Shown: positions 38,716 to 50,620 of the stretch, one piece after another
Layout: each line of letters starts with the position of its first letter
How positions within the stretch are numbered: the stretch's first letter is position 1
Source: Callorhinchus milii
Lineage: Eukaryota
Direction: 5' to 3'
DNA: 55,597 nucleotides
Assembly (NCBI RefSeq): GCF_018977255.1
Contig: NW_024705302.1
Location: 1 to 55,597 of the forward strand
The notes under the pieces: model-generated
The model's input: the letters and a program-made list of their open reading frames with translations, nothing else
Database searches by the model: none
What the model was told of the DNA's origin: nothing
Program-made: the position numbers and the translations under genes

Positions 38716-40167
38716 TGTGGGGCCGTGGCCCCGGGTCCCTCCCGCCTGCATCCCCTATTCCTGTTTCGTGACCCCCTCCCTATTACCCGCTACAGTTCGC
38801 CGGCTTCGAACGCGACGCCCTACTGTTCGCCTCGCCGCGCTCCCACGCTGCGAGCAAACGTGCGCACAGTCATCAATCGAACGCCACACTCCCCCTCTTT
38901 ACACCGCTATGTACAGGTCTCGCACACTGCGAGCGTGCGCCGTCTATAGCCCTGTGCGGCACGTTACCATGCGCATCCGTATCCAACACGTAACGAACGT
39001 ATGCGCACTCCCACACACACGCCGCGCCGCGCACTCCAACTCAACTCACGTTATGATCGCGCACCTGTATCACACACGGGGTGAACACACGCGACACCCA
39101 CTCTCGCCCGCTCTGCGCAGCGCTCCCCCGAGGCGAGCCGCAGCACTACACTCACCCCTGACTACTCACGTTATGATCGCGCACCTGTATCGCACCCGGG
39201 TGGACGCACGCACACACACGCAGCTCCACACGCGACACTCTGCACGACAAGATCACGCGAGACCACGCTTCGCTATTAATGATTTATTATCTGCTTCCTG
39301 GTAATTAATGTTAAATCAGTGAGTCGACGAGGCTGGCCTATCCCACTAAACCTGTACCTATTCCCTATCCATCGGCTATTATCCTACTTCACCTCCCCAC
39401 TCACCGTCAAGTGTCCACGGCGGTCCGCTGATCCTTGTGCTAACAGCGTACCTCGGTGCGTCGCACGGACGTCCGGGTCGCTGGCTGGAGCTGCGTCTGG
39501 TTCCCTGGCGCTGGAGAGAAGAGCGCCATTTCCCCTCTCCGCCCTCTATTTATCCTCCCTACCTCAAAAGGGGATGCTGCGCTGAACAATGGGCTCGCGC
39601 ACCCCGAGTCCGCGCACGGCAGTTCCGGGCGCTGTTGATATGCTAATCAGTGAGCGACGTTGGCGGCGTACATCCTAATTAACCCCTTACCCTCCCTAAC
39701 AATGGGGCCTGCGCGCTCAAGCGCAATTATCCCAACCCTCCATGACTATGCGCAACAGCCCCTGTGATCCCGCTATTCATGCTGTCCCGTGCCTCCCTGC
39801 TTGCCCCGTCGACTCGTGGGGGTGTGTGTGGGGGAAATGCGCCTCAACCGCGGTGGCCGAATGCCCCACGCCGCGACCACACCATATTAAGGCCGGCCGC
39901 AGCGCCGCGGTGCACGTAGCACGGGGGAGGTCATCCAATTCCCTGATCGCCGGAAACCGTGAGAATTAATCCCGATAAGGGTCTCTCGGATAAAAACCGG
40001 TCGGCCAGGCGACCTTCCCTCGGAGCTCTATGGGGGGGGGGGGAAATGAGTGCGGGTGTGTTCATGTGAGGTGAGGTGAGGGGACGCGGGGTCGGCTCCG
40101 TTGCTTGGTGGTGGCAAGGTCGGGGATTTGGGCGCCTGCCGAACGGCTTCGTGGCGGCGGCATCACA
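38716..40167 (-). repeat. 5' LTR of element 2
   Basis: TGTGATGCC...CCCCACA on the minus strand, followed by the tRNA-Leu-type PBS. Confidence 0.88.
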
Positions 40168-40655
40168 CCTGTCGGATTTGAACCTTGAACCTCTGTAATA
40201 AATAGAGAATGTGCTACCACGTGGCTTCCCTTAATCTGAGTGTAGGCATGACAGCTTGAATGTTTCGAACCGGAGCAGATGTTCAATTTAGAGGGGTCCA
40301 CGTTTCACATGCCTACAGAAGGGAGGCCATTACTGTGGCCGAGAAGAACCGAAGCTCATGCGGAGCGACAGACCAGGTAGCTTCCACACAGCATAGTGCA
40401 ACCGGTGAAATGATAATGCCGCCCGACTGATCCGGACCACCCACACAGTGTACACACGCAGTGTAACCCACAAGGTGTACACACACAGTGTACCCGCACA
40501 GTATACAAACAGCCTGTACACACAGTAACAAAAACAACAACCGCCATTCGTCACTAAGTGCTAATGAGCCCGGCACATTATCATAATTTATTCATATTCT
40601 TGGTTCTTTCGGTGAAGTCACTTAGAAGGGAAATAATAAAATAATACAAGTAACA

Positions 40656-40699
40656 TTCTCGACGTTCGGCCACAACACAAGCAGCCGTCCTCAGGTGAA
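40656..40699 (-). ncRNA. Hammerhead motif, degenerate (GAAC instead of GAAAC)
   Basis: UUCAC-CUGAGGA-C-GGCUGC-UUGUGUU-GUGGCC-GAAC-GUC-GAGAA. Confidence 0.55.
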
Positions 40700-41091
40700 G
40701 AAGAGAGCTGTCGGAAATAACAGCGTCTCAATGAACGCTGCTAAGCTTGGCAGCCTCTTTCCAGCTGGGTGAGAGGAGCAGAGCGCCTTGACAAAGCAGT
40801 TTTGGTAGTCATATAGTGTAGTGGATACCCAGTTACTTAATGTTAATAGCTCAGCTTATTGGATAGTATATTGAGTACATTGATTATATTGATGTAGTTT
40901 ATATTTAGTTGTTTTCACGTCGGCTTATTGTATGGTAGTCGGGTAGTTGCAGTTCTTTAGCGTTACTATGCTAAATTCCTCTTGATATGTAAACTCCTTT
41001 GTCAAGGCACTCTGCTCCTCCCACCCAGGTGAAAAGACGGTGCCAAGCTTAGCAGCGTTCATTGAGACGCTGTTTTTCCACAGCTCTCTTC

Positions 41092-41136
41092 TTCATCTGA
41101 GGACGGCTGCTTGTGTTGTGGCCGAAACGTCGAGAA
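41092..41136 (+). ncRNA. Minimal type I hammerhead ribozyme motif
   Basis: UUCAU-CUGAGGA-C-GGCUGC-UUGUGUU-GUGGCC-GAAAC-GUC-GAGAA; intact core, 6-bp stem II, imperfect stem I. Confidence 0.7.
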
Positions 41137-41289
41137 TTTAGTATTTATTATTTTATTTTTCCCTTTTACGTGATTTTACCGAAAAGAACCAAGAATATGA
41201 ATCCCTGCAGTAACGAAAGCTTTAAATCGAAATATAATTTATTCAGTTACACTGCTGCTCGCTCGGGGAGGGGATTGTGTGAACCTCGC

Positions 41290-41545
41290 AAGTGACGTCA
41301 TGTCACCTGCTGCCGCATGACGTCACGACATACCAGGAAGCTTCTGCTCCGCGCACGGTCGCGCACGGAGATCCGTTGTGAGAAGTTTACATCGTGGTGG
41401 TTGTTGTGGTTGTTTTTGTTGTGAACCCAGGTAGAGCCTGGCTCCTTCTCTCTCTCGTAGGGATATCAATTGAGTAGCAGCGAGTATGGAATCGATGTCC
41501 AGGATGAAACATTACAACGCGGGGCCTAGCCATGCGGGGCCTTGC
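41290..41545 (+). promoter_or_regulatory. Putative promoter, non-coding exon 1 (to 41430) and splice donor of the downstream zinc-finger gene
   Basis: Two TGACGTCA sites, CpG-rich; CAG|GTAGAG at 41430/41431; homologous to 12770-13010; matching acceptor TTTTTTCTGTCTGCAG| at 46039. Confidence 0.55.
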
Positions 41546-41652
41546 CTCCTGCCCTCGTCTGATTGCATTTACTTTAATTCTCAGCTTAAGTTGAATTTGT
41601 CTTCAACTGGCTCACTACTTTGAAACTTTTTTTTACTTTAAATATTTCTATG

Positions 41653-41875
41653 TTTTTTTTATTTCACCAGGCATAGCCCACTTGAGCTACACCGCTCTTT
41701 TTCAGAAGCGACCTGCCCACAACGCAGTGGGCTTTTCAACGTGTGGAAATGTTTATCGGTCAAATACTCTAAACGCGTGGTGATGTTGACTCTAAATGTG
41801 CAGGGAAACCGCAGGATCCGGAGGAAAATCCACGCGACCACGGAGAGAGGACACGCAAACTCCAAATATACAGCC
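41653..41875 (-). mobile_element. V-SINE-like element (core and 3' end)
   Basis: Minus strand TGGAGTTTGCGTGTCCTCTCTCCGTGGTCGCGTGGATTTTCCTCCGGATCCTGCGGTTTCCC resembles the V-domain; homologous to 28910-29130. Confidence 0.78.
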
Positions 41876-42156
41876 ATAATACATCGCATAAATGAATAAA
41901 TATGCCGTTAACCCCGCCACCACCCGACACAGCCAATTAGTCAGGGTTTATCACGTAAACAGAACGTGGCCAATGCGTCACTAGTACAACACTAGTGTGT
42001 AGTGTAGTGTATAGTGGAGTGTATAGTAGTGTGTGTACTAGTACAGCATATCGGTGTGTTGGAGAGCCAAGCCACAACAATTACAATCTGAGTACAACGT
42101 TTTGACAGTAATTACAACCAGCTTCATCAGACAGCCAAATGTTGTGGCTTGGCTCT

Positions 42157-42222
42157 GTGGGAATATAAATCGGCTCACTGGGTTCATAGTGCAGCACGCT
42201 AACCGTTGCACTACCGCTCCCC
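42157..42222 (-). mobile_element. tRNA-derived SINE head, degenerate
   Basis: GGGGAGCGGTAGTGCAACGGTTAGCG A-box region with a decayed B-box; a similar start is at 45225. Confidence 0.5.
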
Positions 42223-43279
42223 ACTCACGCACACACTTTATCGGAAGTATAGTATCCAGTAATAACTAAGTTTCCCGGCTTAGCTCAGGTCTCAGTAATC
42301 AAACATTAAGAGTAATGTCTTGCCATGCTGGCTTTATTACAATTATTGAATTCTGCAAATGAAGTCTGTAAATGTGCGTATATTGTCACGGTTTTGTGGT
42401 TGTGTTATACAATAGCACGGCTTGTTTGTTTCATAATGAGGACAGCTTTTAAATACGTTGCCCTTGGAGAGCTTCAGGATAGACAATGTTGGATGTTTTG
42501 CCATCTGGTAGTGTTGGCACAATTTGGTTCCCAAAAAAGTTAACATGCACAAAGTTTGCTTCATATAGATTTTCCCATGTTTTGTCTTGGAAGTGTTTTT
42601 GTGTATGGTTTCTCAATGGTAATTTCAATTGTTTAGTTTTTTTTTATTTTCCTTTTACCTCATGCCATTATTTAGGTAAGGCTTAAGTATTGAATATCGC
42701 ACTTTTGGCTTTGCGAGGCACTTTCCCAGATCGTAACCTCTGATATTCAAGGGGCTGAGGAGTGCCGATTTTCAGCAAAAACTAGATCTCTGCTTTATTG
42801 ATGTAATTAAGGCATATAGTACCATATAGAGGCTTGGGGCTTTGGGTTCTTTGTTTTTTACGTCTCTGCCTCTGTTCACATTCTTTGATGATTTTTATGA
42901 TTTTGGGAAAGCCCGTCTCAAGTTGCGTGACCAGGAGTCTGAGTCATTTCCTGTTCAACTTGGCTTGTGACAGAAATTCACTTTGGCCCCATGCATTACA
43001 TTACAGAGCATCTTCATATAATTGTCGTTTGAGAAGCTCTCAATGGCCATAGAAATAAATAGCATTTGTTACGGTTAAAATTATGAGCGCATCGATGCCT
43101 GGTTATAGTTAAGGGATCGTTCCCTGGTCAACCATGTTATATCTGCTGATGATCTGGTAATGGCTACTCAATGAGATGGGGTTAGAGAATCTTGTTCTGT
43201 GGCTGGATAATTCCATCATGAAATGGGGCCTTTCGTATGTTCCACAAAATAAATCACCTGCCTGGGAATTTGATTTCAT

Positions 43280-44390
43280 ACAACACTTTACCTGCTCAAC
43301 TCTCCATGAGTAATCAGGCAGTTCTACAAGTGGTGGAGGAGCTCCCATACCTGGTTAATGTGTTCACGACCAGCTCTGGTTTGGCAGCCAAAGTCTCACT
43401 TAAAATTAGTCGAGCAGCATTCTTTCATTAGACTGTGTAACACTGTGTGGAAGCTGCCTGGACTTTTGCACCATACAAAGCTGTGAGTGTCCATCACCAA
43501 GGTCTAGTCTGTCTGAGACCATCCCTCTCCCTGCCATACTGGCATCGCACCTGCCTCTCACTCTTCGTACTGTGGATGGTGGGCGCACAGGACGGTGCCA
43601 CGCAGCCATTCCAGGCTGGGTCCAAATGGGTTACGTGGGTCACCAAGCCACCAGGCCTCATTCCACGAGTGATATCAATATACAATATATGTAACGAGGC
43701 CCCCCAATAGACTGCCCCTGGAACTCTATCGGGCACGTCTCACTGAGGGAAGTCCCCGGGGCCCGGGCCAGGACATTCTGGTGGGATTGTCTCTTGGCTG
43801 GCTTTGGAACGCCTGGGAATTCCCCAGGAAGATCCAGAGTCTGTCACCAGGGAAACGAAGGTCTGGACTGCCCTACTGAATGTGCTGCCGCCACAACGCT
43901 CACCAAGACAAGAGGATTTAGAAATAAACGAACGAACAAAGCTGTGAGTCTTCTTGGCCACAGATATTACTCCTTTCTCTGTGGATGCAAAATATTAACT
44001 TACTTAAAGGACTGTCTGTTCTGGCTTATAATTAAGACTGGCCAGCCTATGATCCCCTCTATTGAACCAAACAAGATTGTATTAGAACCTTACAGATCCC
44101 TAAAATATCAGTACAGAACATAATCAGCGAGTTTCTTTGGCAGGCCAAGCTGCATTGGTTGGGTCATGAATCCCGCATAAACAGACAGCATGCTCAAGCA
44201 TCTTCTGTTAGTCCAGGTGTTACGAGCTAAACACACATGGCATTGGCTTGAAAAGAGATTGGAGGATGTGGAGGTGATCAGACCTGCTGATGACTGGTAC
44301 CAGGAGTGTCATGATCGGCCTCTGTGGAGGAGGCCCGTGATATATGCTGCAGGGCAGTTGGAGATATTTGCTCTGCAACAACAGTGAGGT
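43280..44390 (+). mobile_element. Highly degenerate RTE-like LINE fragment, interrupted by an LTR-like insertion
   Basis: LQVVEELPYL.NVF, KISRAA.F..L...VWK, KLHWLGH and W..EC.DRPLWR motifs in LINE C-terminal order. Confidence 0.55.
43690..43962 (+). mobile_element. Probable solo LTR
   Basis: TGTAAC...GCCACA; AATAAA at 43923; flanks TATA/GATA (one mismatch). Confidence 0.45.
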
Positions 44391-44572
44391 CGGAGGAGCA
44401 ATGCTCACTTGAATGGGTGGAACGCTGGGTGCCTAAAATGCAGCAAGACAGGGGGAAGCACAGCTGGTGCATCTGTCAATCATCTCAGTCATTCATCCCT
44501 TGACACCTGGATCATTCCCATGACCTGCTGACAAGTGATCCACACTTACATGGCATTCATGTGAAATGTATG

Positions 44573-45203
44573 TGTCGTGAGTTCAACTGAGTCGCAGACG
44601 CACACTTGGAGGCAACACATTTATTTAACACCAACACACGGTGTTACTGCCCCTTAGCAGAATAACAACCTGTGGTGGTAACCACCAGGCTAACTGCACT
44701 AATTACAACGTAACGAGCTACGGACCGGGACCACGGCTCGGGTCCAGTTCCACGTGTTGTAGACTTGGTGGAACTTAGACGAAGGTTTTTTCAGGTTGAA
44801 CAACAACGCCGGTCCCTCTGGGGGACCCGGCTTATATTCTCTGCGGTGTGGCTGGCTCCGCCCTTGGCCACGACCACCTTCCAGAATCCTCGAGCAGGAT
44901 CTGGACCCCGACCACGTGACCACCCCGAGCGCCCACTTTGGGCCCTTTGTGCCCTCTCGGGTCAACCAGAGTGCCATCGCCTGTCGTAACCTCATTCCTA
45001 CAACCGGCACTCCCACACCCTATCCTGTAGGGCCAGCACTGCATGCCAAGCGTGGTGCCATCCTGCGCTATCAGTCAGCGCTCACCGATCCCCTCTAGGG
45101 CCGGTACTACACCCACCATCGTGGTATCCGCGATGTCGTTACACCGCACGCCATATTTCTCTAGGGCCGGCACTACACAGTGACATCCCGCGATGTCACT
45201 ACA
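44573..45203 (-). mobile_element. Solo LTR of the family seen at 26321-28576
   Basis: TG...CA ends; shares GGTCAACCAGAGTGCCAT, GGTACTACACCCACC and GATGTCACTACA with 28190-28576; flanks TATG/TCTG. Confidence 0.75.
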
Positions 45204-46067
45204 TCTGTAAGAGTTTATTTATGTGGGGAGCGGTGGCGCAGTTATTACACTGTGTAACAAAAAAAACATTTTGTTCCTGTATTATGAAATCAATAATTAG
45301 AGTTTGATTATCTCCGACAACAAACGTAATTGATAAGTTAAAACGTAACTTCTTGTGGGTCTCGGCTATGTTGATTTATCCTCCATTGGTGAAGTGAGTG
45401 AAGCATTAATACTGAGCAGATTAAGGTGGCCAGGCATGGTTCTGGACACACCACCATCTTTTTACCATGCCAGTGTGTGACAGTGTAAAGTATATTAACT
45501 CTTTTGAACACGGAGGTTAAATCAAAATAATAGTTTATTTTTGTTTTCCCCTGGAACTTTTTATAAGAATGGAAACAGGAAATTAACACGGCACATATGC
45601 AGCTGAAGTTAGATCTGGTCATCCCAGCATTCAAGGAAATCTGAGCCTGGCTTCACACCTCTAAGTTGCGATTGAACATTAATTTATGCTTTTCTGCATA
45701 ATTCAAACGGTATTATTTTCAACACTCTTTGCTTTGTTAGCCGAATTTAGCTTTCATAAATATTCATTTTCTAGCCAGACAACCGAAATTGTGTGCTTGG
45801 AGTTTTGGGTTAACATTCATTTTGAAGATACTCGGGCTTCCAGGCATATTTATGACCATTTGCCCTCTCAGTGTTTGTCATAACAGCCCGTGTGATGAAT
45901 TTGCTAATATTTTTCACTATATCATGAACATATGAATAAGTATAGACGTGTCAGTCATGTGTAACTGTGTATATATGTATTCCTCTGTGCCTCGATACTT
46001 ACGTAGATGGTGTGGATATTCTCTTTTTTCTGTCTGCAGCTGACGCTTCCTCTGCAGAATTGGTCTG

Positions 46068-46780
46068 ATGGAGCAAAGGCGCTCAGCGCAGCGCGGTACA
46101 AAAAGGCAACAATGCGACCAGTGTGCATACAGCACGGATCGTCCTGGCTATTTGACACAGCACCAGAGAACTCACACAGGAGAGAAAATCGTTAGGTGCA
46201 CTCTGTGTGACAAGTCATTTGCATGGTCAGCAAGTCTTAAAAAACATCAGAGAATACACACAGGAGAGAAACCCTTCAAGTGCAGTGTGTGTGGGAAGGC
46301 GTTTTCACAGTCATATAATCTTGTATCACACCAGAGAACACACACGGTAGAGAAACCCTTCAGGTGCACTTTGTGCGGGAAGGCATTTGCAGACTTATCA
46401 AATGTTAAACAACACCAGAGAACACACACGGAAGAGAAACTTTCAAGTGCACTGTCTGTGAGAAGGCATTTTCATGTCCATCAGGTCTTAATTGCCACCA
46501 GAGAACACACACGGGAGAGAAACCCTTCAGGTGCACTCTGTGCGGGAAGGCGTTTGCACAGTCATCAAATCTTAAAAGACACCTGAGGACATACAATCAT
46601 CAGAAGATCCCCAAGGAGTGGAGTCTGAAATCGGCTTGTGAAAGTCAAAGTGCTGCAATCAGCCCATCCCTCATGAAACCAGAACTAAATCCCAGCTTGG
46701 ACACTTTTAAAGGTATCAAGGTGAAATGTGAAGAGGCGAAGGTGAAATGTGAAGAGGCGAAGGTGAAATGTGAAAAGTGA
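46068..46780 (+). CDS. C2H2 (Kruppel-type) zinc-finger protein, 5 intact plus 1 degenerate finger, frameshift at ~46440; the tail may extend to ~47030
   Basis: CxxC-12-HxxxH arrays with TGEKPF linkers; restoring one C in GAGAAAC(C)TTTC continues FKCTVCEKAF...HTGEKPFRCTLCGKAFAQSSNLKRHLRTY; splice acceptor at 46039. Confidence 0.88.
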
Positions 46781-49700
46781 TGAGCAAAGAAATGAAATGT
46801 GAAGTGATGGTGAAGAGCGAAAAAGTGATGGTAAACTGTGAAGATGAAGAGTCACTCCGAAATTGGACCTTCACATCGAGGGTGGCAACGTGAAGCAGGA
46901 GGAGATTTCTGACTGTGAGGCAGAGGGAGGCAACTCCCAGCAGTTTGTGGAAGTGGAGGTGTGGGTGGACTTCTTAGACAATTACAAAGTCAAATGGAGA
47001 CCCGGTAGATGTGTAAGCTTGGGACAATGAAGCTCCAATAGATTCACCTTTGTCACAGCCTTTAATGAAAAGAACGTGAAGTCGAACACTCAATTCCTGG
47101 GTTTAACTTGCAGAGTAAGAGCGACCAGTATTTGTGGACCTGTGGGTTGGGTAGATGATTAACCATGAGCAAGAGCCAATAAGCTCCAAGTGTTGTATAT
47201 ATTAGGTCTTGAAAAATAATGAAAATTTAATGAAAACTGAAATGCGTAATGTTTCGAAATTATGCTAATTATGTATTTATGCTCTATCTTGGGGTATTAC
47301 CAATCGTGATAATATTATGAAGGTGTAATTGTGTAATAAACGTCGTGGAAGCGACTTCTGCAATCCGGTCTTTATTTGTCTTTCATTCACAACACTCCTA
47401 TCTTACTCCTTCACGCTGCTGACAGCGTGAGAGAGAGACACTTGCAGCCACGTGGCAGCCTGGACCCGCTCCAGCGTGGCCTCACCCTCCGTTCCAGATC
47501 TGACCACGTGTTGTCTGTCTCCACCCCTTTTAATACCCGGGTCACGTGGTACCTTTTCACCAATCCTGGTTAACCTCTATGGAATCTTCTCGACTCCATC
47601 GTACGTTCCCAGGACCGCGCCCCTGACTTGTCCCCCCATTGGCTGTGGCTAAAGCCAGCAGATCCAATCCTCTCTTACAGATGTCACCTTCCCATTACGT
47701 CAGGGCCACGCCCTTAGACTTCCCCCCATTGGCTATGGGCCAGGACCGTCGAGCCAATCATCGTAACGAGGTGTGATCCATCAGCAACCCGGATATATCC
47801 TCACATTACATCACCCCCCACCGCCCCCCCCCCCCCCCGTGTAAAAAGTCAGCCGTCTCGGATGGGAAATGAGTGACAGCCCGAATCCCTTTGAATAACA
47901 TCTTAGGGCGTCCATGATGCATTAACAAGGTAAGGGGAATAGGCGCCAACGCGCAGAGGAATTAAAACAACCGACATACATTAGGGGCGCCCCTGTTGCG
48001 CAGTAACACCGGGGCGACAGACCGCAAGGACAACAGTATTAGCAAATTGGGAGAGACTTCGACCGCGTACGCGACGCCGGACCCTCTCTTCCCCTCGCGC
48101 ATGGTTGCCTCGCCGACTGTTCAGCAGGTGGTGGTTGCAGTGGAGAAGAAGAATTTTCGGTTTCTGTTGTGTCTGGGACAGGCCCCGTTGGAGGTGGAAC
48201 GTCCGAGGTCTCGTCGTCCTTCAAAACCTGTGTGTTTGCGGGGGGTAGAACACAGCCCCGCTGGAGATCAATTGGCGAGACAAGTGGCACATTTGGCACG
48301 CCAGACCCGGCAGGTCCACAAGTAGGGATGAAGGGCCAGCACGCGGGTCAACATAGGGCTTGAGCCGCGACGAATGAACATACCAACGACGTTGGCCGTA
48401 CTGGATGCGAACACTGGGGATTCCGAATGTCCACCAGCCTCACAGGCCCCCGCCAAGGCCTGTGCAGTTTAGGGGACGTACCCACTGGCACCTGAGGGCA
48501 ATGGAGCCATGCCATATCGCCCACCGACCAAGGCATGTCAGTTCGCGATTGACACGCACACACATCTCGTTCCTTGCCTGCGTATGGGCCGTCGCACATC
48601 TGGCGGCCTCTCGCGCCTCCGTAACCCGTTTAAGCGAGTCCCGCACGTGGTCAGGCAAGGAAGGGGACGGTTGTTTCCCCACTGCACCAAGTTGCACATC
48701 AATCGGTGGTACATTCTCACGGCCATACATCAGGAAAAATGGCGAATATCCTGTGGACGTGTGCGGAACCATGCGGTATGCCACCAGGACGCCCGGTATG
48801 TGCAAGTCCCAATCGGTTTGTTTTTCACTCACTGTGTGGCAAAACATGGCCGAAAGGGTGCGGTTAAATCGTTCCACCATGCCATCCGTTTGCGGATGGT
48901 AAGGGGAAGTGTGGATTTTCTTTGTACCCAAGGCAGAGCACACGCCTTTGAGCAATTCAGATGAGAAGTTACGTCCTTGTTCTGTGAGCAGCCCTTCAGG
49001 TGCTCCCTTATCCATGACGTACCCATTCAAGAAAGCCTCGGTGATGGATGAGGCCGTTTGGTCAGGTAGAGGCCAGGCCATAGGCCAGCGAGAAAAGTAT
49101 TCGACCCCGACAAAAAGGTATTTATTTCCCCTAGTCGATGGAGGGAACGGACCCAGGATATCCAGAGCAACCAGCTCATTAATACGGGACACCTCGATCG
49201 ATCGTAGGGCGGGACATAATTTTGACGTGGTGGTTTCCGCTTCGCACAATCATGGCCAAAGAAATCCTGCTGCATCGCGGCCAATGTTTTCTGCACGCCA
49301 AGGTGCATCAGCTTGTCGGCGTGCAGCGCGCGGATCAGATCGTGGCGAAGGGACGTCGGCACAACCAGGAGTGAACGGACCGACAACCCATCCGTACACA
49401 TTAGTAATCCCGCCTGGCCCCAAAACAACTGCCATTTCCATCCTGCCAAATGAGATCTAGGTTTCCCGACCAATTCCCGCAGTGGAGCCAAAGAGGCGTC
49501 AGCCTCTTGCTCGCGTAGCCACACCGAGTGCGGAAAATGCAGCGTATTGTCCGTGCCAAAGGGGTACATCCTGGCCTTCATCCTTTGACATCGCCCCCAT
49601 GACCGGACAGGGCGGGGTAGGCAGCGCCGAACAGCGGTGCGTACCCATCAGACAGGCGCAGGGAGGAGTCGCGGAAAACCTAGAGAGAGCGTTCGCGTTG

Positions 49701-50134
49701 CCATGGCAAGTACCCTTGCGGTACGTGATATTGAAGGAAAACTCCTGCAGCGATTCTAACCACCGAGCCAATTGACCGGACGGTTGTTCCAATTTCAAAG
49801 AATATTGCAAGGCAGCATGGTCAGTGCGCACGAGGAATTTCCTTCCATACAGGTACGGCCGGTACTGGCGAACAAAATGGGCGATTACCAGCAATTCCCA
49901 TCGCGTCACGCAATAGCGCGTCTCGGCAGGAGACAACCCTGCTGCCGTATGCCACCACTCGCTCGACCCCGTCTTTCCGTTGCGACAAAACGGCCCCTAT
50001 GCCGATGTCGTTAGCATCCGTGTCAAGGATGAATGGCTGGGAAAAGTCTGGGTAGTCGAGTGTCGGAGCGGTGGCCAGGCGATCCCGGAGAGATTGAAAA
50101 AAGCACTCCTCTCCCGGGCCCCATTAAAATCTAT

Positions 50135-50620
50135 GATTCTTCTTTGGTTCTTTTGGTAAAGTCACGTATAAAGATAAAATAATAAATTAAATTACATACT
50201 AGCATACGACGTTTCGATTGCAACACAAGCAATCATCATCAGGTATAAATTAAATAGAAAACACAAATCTAGTATACTTAGAAATGTAATGTAATACAAC
50301 AGAGAGTCGGATAACATAACAGTCAACACCCTATCTGGTTGATTACGTTCTTCCTGAGAATGCTAAATTTGAGAGATAGATTAAACACAGAACCAGCAAC
50401 ATAGACAGACATATAAGCAGACAGATATCACAGAGATACATAGAGAGAGAGCAAACATAGGCACAAAGAGAAACTAAGCCTCTGTGTCGAGGCCTTAAAT
50501 AGAGAAAGGGGGGGCGGGGGTGGGGAGAGAGGGAGGGGTTAGAGAAATTAGCATGTCCATGAGTGGAAACGGTGAGTGGCAAGGTGTAAAAAGCTTGAGA
50601 GTGTGACATCGACCCAGGTG
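50135..50620 (-). mobile_element. Penelope-like terminal repeat insertion at the site of element 3's PR-RT deletion
   Basis: TTCTTTGGTTCTTTTGGTAAAGTCACGTA terminus plus hammerhead; AT-rich, unlike the host element; right boundary approximate. Confidence 0.6.
50203..50247 (-). ncRNA. Minimal type I hammerhead ribozyme motif (best copy)
   Basis: UAUAC-CUGAUGA-U-GAUUGC-UUGUGUU-GCAAUC-GAAAC-GUC-GUAUG: full core, perfect 6-bp stem II, 5-bp stem I, loopless palindromic ACGU stem III. Confidence 0.82.

Larger units (their letters stand above)
31811..40167 (-). mobile_element. Ty3/Gypsy LTR retrotransposon with long (~1.5 kb), discordant LTRs (element 2)
   Basis: LTRs 31811-33385 and 38716-40167 (TG...CA); CCTG on both flanks (31807-31810, 40168-40171); PBS TGGTGTCAGAAG at 38701-38712; PPT-like GGGGGGCTA next to 33385; gag-PR-RT-RH-IN. 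Confidence 0.9.
40590..41202. mobile_element. Foldback element: ~212-bp inverted arms of the Penelope-like terminal repeat around a ~190-bp spacer
   Basis: 40590-40802 is the imperfect reverse complement of 40991-41202; each arm carries a hammerhead motif. Confidence 0.85.

Noticed and set aside
42157..42222. tRNA gene (also 28837-28905)
   Set aside because: Decayed boxes and no clean cloverleaf; better explained as SINE heads.
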